Below, piece after piece: positions 57,850-64,000 of a stretch of DNA of 64,000 nucleotides (its first letter is position 1; the number at the start of each line of letters is the position of its first letter). Made by a program: the position numbers and the translations under genes. The DNA lies in IMG/VR virus record IMGVR_UViG_3300030419_007010, positions 97,728-161,727 of that record; one strand, 5' to 3'. The DNA comes from a virus. A model generated the notes under the pieces. The model had not been told where the DNA came from and ran no database searches. It worked only from the letters and a program-made list of their open reading frames with translations.

Positions 57850-58182
57850 TTACTCACCATTAATGAAACTATCGATTATTTCGCTTGTTGCTTCTAGAGT
57901 TTTTTGCAAGATCTGCAAAGCAATAACCATTTTCATCATATCCATAATGTCTTTTGGCTCGTTTGCGCTCTTTCCTACTTGTTCAGTAAGTGAAACAAAA
58001 TCGCTAGTGCTCATGTTTTGATTTGGATCGCAAAGATTGGGCGAACCAGCAGCTTGTTGGCTATTGGGTAAGCTAGCACCAGCAGAACTCCCCGCAGCAG
58101 CCGGTTTTTGCGCGGTTGCGGAACTTTGTGCGGGGCTAGCGGGGGAAGCAGCGCCTACAGCGCCAACCGCTCCTACACTCAT
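57850..58182 (-). CDS. low-complexity Ala/Ser-rich hypothetical protein
   Basis: GGAGG SD; VGAVGAVGA N-terminus. Confidence 0.65.
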   Translation of the reverse strand: MSVGAVGAVGAASPASPAQSSATAQKPAAAGSSAGASLPNSQQAAGSPNLCDPNQNMSTSDFVSLTEQVGKSANEPKDIMDMMKMVIALQILQKTLEATSEIIDSFINGE

Positions 58183-58228
58183 GATAAACCTCCATGTTTA
58201 TATAAATAACTAGTCGTTATTGGAAATA

Positions 58229-58456
58229 TTAAATGCTTCCGCTGATTGGGCGGGAGATTAAACGAATACCAGAGGTTGGAAAATAGAGTATATTATTATA
58301 TGGCCACCAGTAGATCTCAAACATTAAACCATCTCTAGTTTTGTAATAAGACAATACCATTCCGTATCTACACTGCTCGCGTGTATATACGCGTGATCTT
58401 AAATAATCAGAGTTTGGTTCAACTAAATCACCTACTTTAAAGAACTGTCTTACCAT
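58229..58456 (-). CDS. small SH3/KOW-like protein
   Basis: FKVGDLV, YGMVL, EIYW. Confidence 0.6.
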   Translation of the reverse strand: MVRQFFKVGDLVEPNSDYLRSRVYTREQCRYGMVLSYYKTRDGLMFEIYWWPYNNILYFPTSGIRLISRPISGSI

Positions 58457-58479
58457 AGTGAAATAAGTAGCAAAACAAC

Positions 58480-58508
58480 TTGACGTAAAGAAGAAATAAT
58501 GTGATAAT
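58480..58508 (+). promoter_or_regulatory. sigma70-like promoter TTGACG-N17-GATAAT (TG extended)
   Basis: Directly upstream of the plus-strand ORF at 58514. Confidence 0.55.
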
Positions 58509-58513
58509 AAGGA

Positions 58514-58723
58514 GTGTTCAGTAAAAAAATATTACCAGGAGATCTGGTAACATATAAATATCATCCGGAAAGAAAGGAAGATATAGGTTTGGTATTACAA
58601 ATAGTAGAAGGCGACCAATCCCCTTTAACATCCGGGGGAAAAGCCGCCTATATTCTATGGCCTAACCATTTCAAACAATATTGCGCGATGCATTTGATTG
58701 AATTATTTAGATCTGCGCGCTAG
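58514..58723 (+). CDS. small SH3/KOW-like protein
   Basis: PGDLV, IGLVL, YILW; promoter upstream. Confidence 0.6.
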   Translation: MFSKKILPGDLVTYKYHPERKEDIGLVLQIVEGDQSPLTSGGKAAYILWPNHFKQYCAMHLIELFRSAR

Positions 58724-58902
58724 CGAGTATTGCGCTCTTCTTGTACTTGCTTTCTAAGGGTCTTGCAAGTATTAACTACCTCTTGAAGTTGCTTTCGAAG
58801 TCTAGTACCGGCGGCATTATTTCCGCTCTCATGCTTTTCTGCATCTGTTAACGCTGTAGTTAAAGTCTCAATTAAATCATTTACACTCGTAGTAACGCTC
58901 AT
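58720..58902 (-). CDS. histone H1-like (Hc1 family) nucleoprotein
   Basis: DAEK..GNNAAGTRLRK.L..V...K.LR..V signature; AAGGAG SD. Confidence 0.8.
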   Translation of the reverse strand: MSVTTSVNDLIETLTTALTDAEKHESGNNAAGTRLRKQLQEVVNTCKTLRKQVQEERNTR

Positions 58903-58932
58903 TATCTTTCTCCTTTACATTAATAAGCTAAA

Positions 58933-59145
58933 TTAGCAATCAGCCTTCTTTTTAGACACCATCAACGCGCGCGATGCGACGTCCAACTGAAGTTCTTCCA
59001 ATATACTCGACCAATTTTCTATATCGGTCTTAGTCATCTCGTCCATCATCATCCAAAGCGAATCAACTTCGTCTTTTAGTTGCTGATTTTCTTCCTCCAA
59101 CTCTTTTATAAGTTGATCTTTTGTTTTTTCGTCTTTCTTTGACAT
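58933..59145 (-). CDS. coiled-coil hypothetical protein
   Basis: ORF track. Confidence 0.65.
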   Translation of the reverse strand: MSKKDEKTKDQLIKELEEENQQLKDEVDSLWMMMDEMTKTDIENWSSILEELQLDVASRALMVSKKKADC

Positions 59146-59224
59146 GTTATTACAATAATAAGGGAATATTGGCCCGTTTGTTAAGCCGCTAATGTTTTAA
59201 TTAGTGATTTAATTGCCATTTTTT

Positions 59225-59518
59225 CTAATTTTTATATTTTTTGGCTCGATTAATCGGCTCTCCTTCCACTATCCAATGGAAATGACCGAACGGTTCTTGC
59301 TGGTGTCTCTCAACTTTCGCATTTTTTGGGAAAATTTTTTTTACGGCATGTTTTATACACTTAATTTCGCCTTTTAGTGGCAATGAAGTGTGCCTTCGAA
59401 GCGCTACTATCCAATGATCTTCCTTTGGTAGCTTAATTACTCTCACTACTGGTGTCTCATATATGCATAATACCTTTCTTGTCTCGCATATTGTACACTT
59501 TTTCTCCTCATACTTCAT
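59225..59518 (-). CDS. HIT-like protein
   Basis: N-terminal CTIC, RRH, QQEPFGHFHW. Confidence 0.45.
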   Translation of the reverse strand: MKYEEKKCTICETRKVLCIYETPVVRVIKLPKEDHWIVALRRHTSLPLKGEIKCIKHAVKKIFPKNAKVERHQQEPFGHFHWIVEGEPINRAKKYKN

Positions 59519-59747
59519 TTTTGCTTTTTTTATTTTCCGGCAATTTTAGCGCACGGTCTTTTTCGCGTATCGATTTAAGCGCGCCGTGTGCCAAAGCCTG
59601 AATTACCCCCAATTCTGCCGTTGTCTGCTGAAGAAGCTGCTTGTACTGCTGCATAATAGCGTTAAGCTCGCCTATCTCAATAAGGAGCTGTTCTATTACC
59701 TGTCGCTTATTCCCACAAGCTTCACATTTTTGCTTTTTCCCGAACAT
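59508..59747 (-). CDS. CxxC plus coiled-coil hypothetical protein
   Basis: Start placed at MFGKKQKCEAC, 4 nt below a CTAATTA motif. Confidence 0.6.
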   Translation of the reverse strand: MFGKKQKCEACGNKRQVIEQLLIEIGELNAIMQQYKQLLQQTTAELGVIQALAHGALKSIREKDRALKLPENKKSKNEV

Positions 59748-59862
59748 ACTATAATTAGCTGCTCGCGGAAGATGCAACTGAAATTTGGGAAAATTTCCGG
59801 GCGATCGATCACGCGCGTATTTAGCTTGCTATCTCTTTCCCCCTTTCTGGTACATAGGTTCC

Positions 59863-59882
59863 GGGGGGTAGGGGGGAGGGGG
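59863..59882 (+). other. G-tract G6-TA-G6-A-G5
   Basis: Seen directly, intergenic, near the GC-content transition. Confidence 0.8.
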
Positions 59883-59892
59883 ACCCCCTTAA

Positions 59893-60150
59893 CTACTCGT
59901 TTTCGCTAGGCTTTTTTGGTGTTCCATCTTTGGATAATATAATAAATGGCATGCCTTTTTGCCATTTGATTGTAACTTTACCGTTTTTGTAAAGACTTAT
60001 AGCACCATACACCTCGTCGGCTTGCGTATACATGCCAAGACTTTCATATTCGTCAGCCATTTGTTCTAATTTGCTGAGAGTGAAGTCTATTACCTCGCAA
60101 GTGTCGCTTGCTTTGTCACTTTCCCCTTTATTTTTATCATCCTCGGACAT
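59893..60150 (-). CDS. hypothetical protein
   Basis: ORF track. Confidence 0.6.
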   Translation of the reverse strand: MSEDDKNKGESDKASDTCEVIDFTLSKLEQMADEYESLGMYTQADEVYGAISLYKNGKVTIKWQKGMPFIILSKDGTPKKPSENE

Positions 60151-60158
60151 ATTGGTAA

Positions 60159-60974
60159 TTAGGCGGTGAGACCGTTATTCGTGAAGAATTCCGCACACTT
60201 ACGGTCAAGGGCCTTGGAAATCTGGCAGACGCGCGGCTTGGAAATGCCGTTGATCTCCGCAAGTGTCGCTTGCGAAAGGGGCTCATTTCCCAAGTATTCC
60301 GCGAGGTTACGGGACTCGAAGATGTGACGGTCCCGCAAGGAAAGAGTGGAAATAAAAGAGGAAAGAACGCGCGCAATTCGCTCACTCTTGCGGACACGAT
60401 CCAGCTTCTCGTCTTGCCGAATCTCGCGAGTAGAAAGCAAGTCACCGAAAGTAGAACCGTCAGAATCGCCAACGGGAGTTGACATAGAAGTAGCAGATCC
60501 GAACACAACAGCCCAAGCGTCTGCGATCTTGTCGGCGTCCAGCTTCAAGTGATCCGCGATGGTTTCCGGTGTAATATCAACACCTTGGGCGGTAAGCACG
60601 CGGCGCGCGCGGTGAATCTTGCGGTAAAGCTCGCGAGTTGTGCGATCATCGCCGGAGACGACGCCGCGCGACTTTACAACTTCTTGACAACGCGCAACCA
60701 TCCACTGGCGCGCAACGGTTGGAAAGTTTGCACCAGAGGACCGGTCAAACACGCGGATCGCGTCAAGCGTAGCACCGGCAGCGGTGGCGATCAGATCTTC
60801 AAGCTCGATCCCGTTACGCTTGTGATTGTTGGCGACGTTGATCGCCAGTCGGATGTTAGAGAGCACCAGAGCCTTGCGAGCGTCAGCATCACCAGCCTGC
60901 GCCTGGATAGCTAGCTCGGTCTGAGCCTTGCGGGGAAGTGGAGCGTTGTCTTTTGCGATCTTGAAGAAGTCCAA
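60159..60974 (-). CDS. sigma70-family RNA polymerase sigma factor (RpoH/group-3-like, divergent)
   Basis: GDADARKALVLSNIRL, LEDLI, FD..G..F.T.A..W, SMSTPVGD, LSLRDRHI, TLAEINGISKPRVCQI; TTG start after AAGGA SD (track start 61058). Confidence 0.92.
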   Translation of the reverse strand: MDFFKIAKDNAPLPRKAQTELAIQAQAGDADARKALVLSNIRLAINVANNHKRNGIELEDLIATAAGATLDAIRVFDRSSGANFPTVARQWMVARCQEVVKSRGVVSGDDRTTRELYRKIHRARRVLTAQGVDITPETIADHLKLDADKIADAWAVVFGSATSMSTPVGDSDGSTFGDLLSTREIRQDEKLDRVRKSERIARVLSSFISTLSLRDRHIFESRNLAEYLGNEPLSQATLAEINGISKPRVCQISKALDRKCAEFFTNNGLTA

Positions 60975-61059
60975 TGTCTGATCCTTTGTTGGGGTTGCTT
61001 TCCTCGACTGCTTATAGATCATAGCACAGTCTGAACCCAATAGGGAAAAAAACGACACT

Positions 61060-61352
61060 CGTAAGTCTTTGATATCATTAATGAAGTGAAAATAGATTTA
61101 ACTAATTTCTCTTTGATTATCGCGGACTTACGGGCCTCCTTTGTAAGTTATTGAAATCATTAGACCCCAAATCACCCCGATCCAGCCTGTTTTGAGAGGC
61201 TGTGATCGTAAGTGATATCAAGGGGTTAGCGGAGTCGGTTGGTGGGGCCGATGAGGAAGGATTGAGCGCAGAGCGCGGCGAGTGCGGCATAACCGAACAG
61301 AATCATTGAACTTTCTCCTAGAGCAAAGTTAATTAAGTGATTGAAATCATTG
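61060..61352. repeat. cluster of five ~18-20 bp imperfect repeats (G/C)TAAnnnnTTGAWATCA in both orientations
   Basis: 61061-61080, 61113-61132 (rev), 61143-61162, 61213-61230 (rev), 61333-61352. Confidence 0.75.
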
Positions 61353-61376
61353 AGGATTTCAAAAGTGGGTTTTTGG

Positions 61377-61676
61377 CTAGCGCCAGCGGTTGGGGGACAC
61401 CTTGCGACCAGCGAAGGCTGACACGGTGTCATACACGCGGCGCTGACCGTCGGATCCGCCGTAGACGTCCGGGCTGGACTGTAGCGGGCTCTCGTTCTTG
61501 TCGAACCGAGCGAGCAGATACACGCCATTGACGTGCGCGATGGCCAACGTCTCACCGTTGGGCAGGTGGACACGGCGCTCGATGGTAACGGGCTCCGGAG
61601 CCTTGTTGAGTTTCTGGGTGAATCGCTCGCGAGTGTGCTGCGTGCGGCGCTTGTTGGTCTTGCACTTGGCTGCCAT
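61377..61676 (-). CDS. small basic early protein
   Basis: AAGGAG SD; promoter element upstream. Confidence 0.75.
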   Translation of the reverse strand: MAAKCKTNKRRTQHTRERFTQKLNKAPEPVTIERRVHLPNGETLAIAHVNGVYLLARFDKNESPLQSSPDVYGGSDGQRRVYDTVSAFAGRKVSPNRWR

Positions 61677-61720
61677 CGGGCTAGCTCCTTCGTGTGTCTG
61701 GGTTGCGTGGCTACAAGGTA

Positions 61721-61748
61721 ACTATAAGCACGCGGGTGAATGGATTAA
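61721..61748 (-). promoter_or_regulatory. promoter/stem-loop element copy 1 (TTAA-N13-GTGCTTATAGT)
   Basis: Exact motif spacing shared by five copies. Confidence 0.85.
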
Positions 61749-61974
61749 GGGTTGACAGTGAGAAAAAGAGGGGGTTTGATCCGTAGCCAGTTCAGCACCG
61801 GCAAAATCGCATGTGTTCATTGTACCCTGCTAGTACCGTAATTTATTTACGCTTTTACTAGCTTCCCCTATCCCACAGAAAAAAATACTCTCAGTTATAC
61901 GTAAAAAAAACTGAAGATATATCTTTTTCCCTTCAATGTCTTTGTTCTTCTCTAAAACTTTTTCATGACATTCC

Positions 61975-62250
61975 TTACTTTTGGCTCACAATTTTCACGC
62001 CTCGCACACCGCTGGATCCTTCCTTACCATCGGGATAAGTGAACCTCACATCGGGCGGGTTGACGTAAGTAACCAGCGCTGGCTTGCCTGGGTGATATCC
62101 ATAATTAATCACCACAAGATCGCCAACCTTGGGCATGGTAATATCTGCATAAGCCCTGGCGTCTCGTGCTCTCTTGACTTGCGCCCTCATGTGAAGAGGC
62201 ACGTCGCTTAAGTCATCCCAAGGCGCGGCTATTTCAAAGATATTGCTCAT
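61975..62250 (-). CDS. small protein with SH3/KOW-like C-terminal domain
   Basis: KVGDLVVI..GKPALV; GAGGA SD. Confidence 0.75.
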   Translation of the reverse strand: MSNIFEIAAPWDDLSDVPLHMRAQVKRARDARAYADITMPKVGDLVVINYGYHPGKPALVTYVNPPDVRFTYPDGKEGSSGVRGVKIVSQK

Positions 62251-62279
62251 GTGTTCCTCTTTTACCCTCCGACACCTAA

Positions 62280-62307
62280 AGTATAAGCACCGGAGGGCGT
62301 GAGTTAA
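62280..62307 (-). promoter_or_regulatory. promoter/stem-loop element copy 2 (TTAA-N13-GTGCTTATACT)
   Basis: Motif plus CCCTCCG/CGGAGGG inverted repeat. Confidence 0.85.
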
Positions 62308-62310
62308 GGG

Positions 62311-62559
62311 TTAGGACTGCTTTCCGTCAACGATGTTCGCCACGGAAACGAACAGAGCAGCGAAGTCCTTCACCTGATCCTTGTCCAGAACCAGCGAAAC
62401 CCCACGCTTGCGACCGGGGACGTTCATGGTCAGCGAGACAAGCGGAATCTCGTCATTGACCTCGCGAACGAGCACAGAGGCAAGCGCGGCCTCATTGGCT
62501 CCGGTAACGGTAAAAGTGTTCTCGACGACGACGGTTTGAGTGGTGCTCTTGTTCAGCAT
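62311..62559 (-). CDS. small early protein
   Basis: GGAGG SD; promoter element upstream. Confidence 0.75.
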   Translation of the reverse strand: MLNKSTTQTVVVENTFTVTGANEAALASVLVREVNDEIPLVSLTMNVPGRKRGVSLVLDKDQVKDFAALFVSVANIVDGKQS

Positions 62560-62603
62560 TTTGTGCGTCCTCCATGGATGCGGTGTGTTTGTCTTACGTG
62601 TAA

Positions 62604-62631
62604 ACTATAAGCACGGATCGTGCCTAGTTAA
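62604..62631 (-). promoter_or_regulatory. promoter/stem-loop element copy 3 (TTAA-N13-GTGCTTATAGT)
   Basis: Same motif and spacing. Confidence 0.85.
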
Positions 62632-62803
62632 CCCCTTGACGATCTTTTTTTGGAATAATCAAGACAATTGATCCCTCTGTGGATCCATATGCCTCGCGTG
62701 TCTGGTTACTGGCGAGCAGATCGGCAACGTCTTGAAGTGATAGCCGACCGATCCGGGCCTGGAATCGCTCGAATTCGGTGGGGATGTGATAAGTGATAAT
62801 CAC
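62624..62803 (-). CDS. 59-aa hypothetical protein
   Basis: GTG start just after the 62805 stop, with GAGGG SD (track start 63001 overlaps the neighbour). Confidence 0.55.
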   Translation of the reverse strand: MIITYHIPTEFERFQARIGRLSLQDVADLLASNQTREAYGSTEGSIVLIIPKKDRQGVN

Positions 62804-62804
62804 T

Positions 62805-63044
62805 CTAACCCTCGCAGCAATCGGGGTGTGTCCAGTTCTCATACTGCCAATCGGAGATCTCGCGATTCTTACACAGAGAATCAGTCCAATTGTTCCAAGT
62901 CTCGGAACGATGGACCTCATCGACCCACTTCCATTTTCCACCCTGCGACTCGGTTTCCTGGGCGATGATAGCGGGAAGGATATCGCGCTCGAACTCTTCA
63001 ATCGCTTCGTCGCGGGTCTTGACTGTGTACAGGTCTCTGGCCAT
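62805..63044 (-). CDS. small Trp-rich early protein
   Basis: GAGGAG SD; WNNWTDSLCK..ISDWQYENW. Confidence 0.75.
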   Translation of the reverse strand: MARDLYTVKTRDEAIEEFERDILPAIIAQETESQGGKWKWVDEVHRSETWNNWTDSLCKNREISDWQYENWTHPDCCEG

Positions 63045-63076
63045 TTTGGAATCTCCTCTGTCCCTCTGACACTTAT

Positions 63077-63104
63077 ATAGTAAGCACCGGAGGGACAGAA
63101 TTAA
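63077..63104 (-). promoter_or_regulatory. promoter/stem-loop element copy 4 (TTAA-N13-GTGCTTACTAT)
   Basis: Motif inside a ~19-bp imperfect inverted repeat. Confidence 0.85.
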
Positions 63105-63202
63105 GTACGTGAAGGGAATAGTTAGCGGGTTTCTTGTGCGGCGTATCCCACGAGCCGCTAGCGCAAACGCATTAAATAACCTCTTTGTGTGTCTACGTGT
63201 TA

Positions 63203-63230
63203 ACTGTAAGCACGGAAGGCTGAGAGTTAA
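63203..63230 (-). promoter_or_regulatory. promoter/stem-loop element copy 5 (TTAA-N13-GTGCTTACAGT)
   Basis: Same motif and spacing. Confidence 0.85.
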
Positions 63231-63232
63231 GG

Positions 63233-63421
63233 CTAGAAAGGAATATAATCCTCAAAGGGTACTCTTTTCTCTCTTATTCTCGCGATCTCTCCATCACCCA
63301 GAAGACGGTTTCTCTTTTCGCGCGCCTGATTGATTTCAAAAAACTCGATTTCTTTAATCATTTCGCACGCTTGCGAAAAGACTTGAACCATGTAAATTGT
63401 GATCATCTCGCGCTCGTTCAT
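63233..63421 (-). CDS. hypothetical protein
   Basis: GAGGG SD; ORF track. Confidence 0.6.
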   Translation of the reverse strand: MNEREMITIYMVQVFSQACEMIKEIEFFEINQAREKRNRLLGDGEIARIREKRVPFEDYIPF

Positions 63422-63423
63422 CG

Positions 63424-63591
63424 CTAACCCTCTGATATTTCAAGGCTTTTCAGATGATCTTCCAGCGCTTCCCAATTCGGTTGAACCTTGCCAGAAACCT
63501 CCGACCACGCGACACGAACAACGCGCAACGCAGAATCACCAAAAAGATAACCAGCGGCGAAGATCGCGACGATTGTGATTAGCTTTCTCAC
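63424..63591 (-). CDS. 55-aa membrane-anchored protein
   Basis: Not in track; GTGA overlap; MRKLITIVAIFAAGYLFG... Confidence 0.55.
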   Translation of the reverse strand: MRKLITIVAIFAAGYLFGDSALRVVRVAWSEVSGKVQPNWEALEDHLKSLEISEG

Positions 63592-63788
63592 GTTGCGGGC
63601 TCCCGGTTGAAACCGATCGGTGCTTTCTCTGGCGTCTTCATCATGTCGCGGATCTGACTGTCGGTCATTTTTGCCAACGCCAGTTGATCAGCGCGAACTT
63701 GAGCGAACGTAACAAGAGCCTGCGAAAGTGCAACGCTAGCCGCGTAAGTTACTGATAGAACCTTGTCAATCATCTTCTGATTCTCCAA
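63588..63788 (-). CDS. hypothetical protein
   Basis: ORF track; ends PIGF motif. Confidence 0.55.
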   Translation of the reverse strand: MENQKMIDKVLSVTYAASVALSQALVTFAQVRADQLALAKMTDSQIRDMMKTPEKAPIGFNREPAT

Positions 63789-64000
63789 AAATATTGATCA
63801 CGGAACCGATGCACAATCCGATACCCAGGCCAAGAAAAGCACAACCAATCAAATAAACAGACATTACTGATCCCTCCAGCGGTTTGCCTTCGAGCATTGG
63901 CGTCGAGGCTTGCGACATCGACCCTTGCAAACATTCAAGGTTCGCGCTTTGTGCGCGCCTGCCTTGCCAGCGTGCATCACACGCCGGTCAATCGTCTCTC

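Noticed and set aside
47555-58208. T4 late promoter TATAAATA at ~47555 and ~58201
   Set aside because: It lies on the strand opposite the adjacent genes and is better explained as overlapping or adjoining the reverse complement of the CTAnTTA motif.
61680-63232. Repeated elements as a CRISPR array or integron attC sites
   Set aside because: Spacing is irregular and gene-sized, only ~11 bases are invariant, there are no consistent RYYYAAC/GTTRRRY cores, and no integrase or cas operon is in the window; their position above SD sequences fits promoters.
229-63333. Most plus-strand ORFs in the track
   Set aside because: They are antisense shadows of well-supported minus-strand genes; only 27756..28595 and 58514..58723 have independent support.
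1-64000. Stop-codon reassignment
   Set aside because: Standard-code ORFs tile the window densely with intact domains, and TAA, TGA and TAG all end genes at sensible positions.

Overview
This window looks like part of a large (jumbo-type) tailed dsDNA phage genome. Nearly all genes are on the minus strand, densely packed and often overlapping (ATGA-type), and the DNA is AT-rich until about 60.1 kb, where it becomes visibly GC-richer. No capsid, terminase or ribosomal genes lie in the window, so the phage call rests on gene content and organisation. (1) 1-24.4 kb is a ~25-gene sugar-nucleotide and glycan-tailoring operon (2 UDP-Glc dehydrogenases, NeuA/NeuB, RfbB, DegT, many glycosyltransferases, and carbamoyl-, formyl-, amido-, methyl- and acetyl-transferases) with no export genes. 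(2) 24.4-36 kb holds accessory genes: PD-(D/E)XK nuclease, PIN-PhoH, serine protease, YkuK-like RNase H, Smr, TrmH, Dam, ClpP, a redoxin and tRNA-Thr. (3) 36-57.5 kb is an array of unrelated enzyme or toxin-like domains carrying one of two short leader motifs, MKxLxE[N/S]WRxY[L/V]NE or MKLTKSQLKQIIxEE. I interpret these as a capsid-targeting tag/cargo system. This block also has a complete tmRNA, preceded by two unannotated tandem HCCCCCGCC micro-peptides, and Myxococcota-type proteins (a Cys-repeat vWA lipoprotein and a GltF/CglF-like protein). (4) 60-64 kb is a GC-richer block with a divergent sigma70-family factor, iteron-like repeats and five copies of a promoter/stem-loop element (TTAA-N13-GTGCTTA); four precede small genes and one appears to drive a structured non-coding RNA. 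A second motif, CTAnTTA, sits 4-7 nt upstream of several start codons and is a putative late promoter. All functional calls come from motif recognition by eye, with no database searches.
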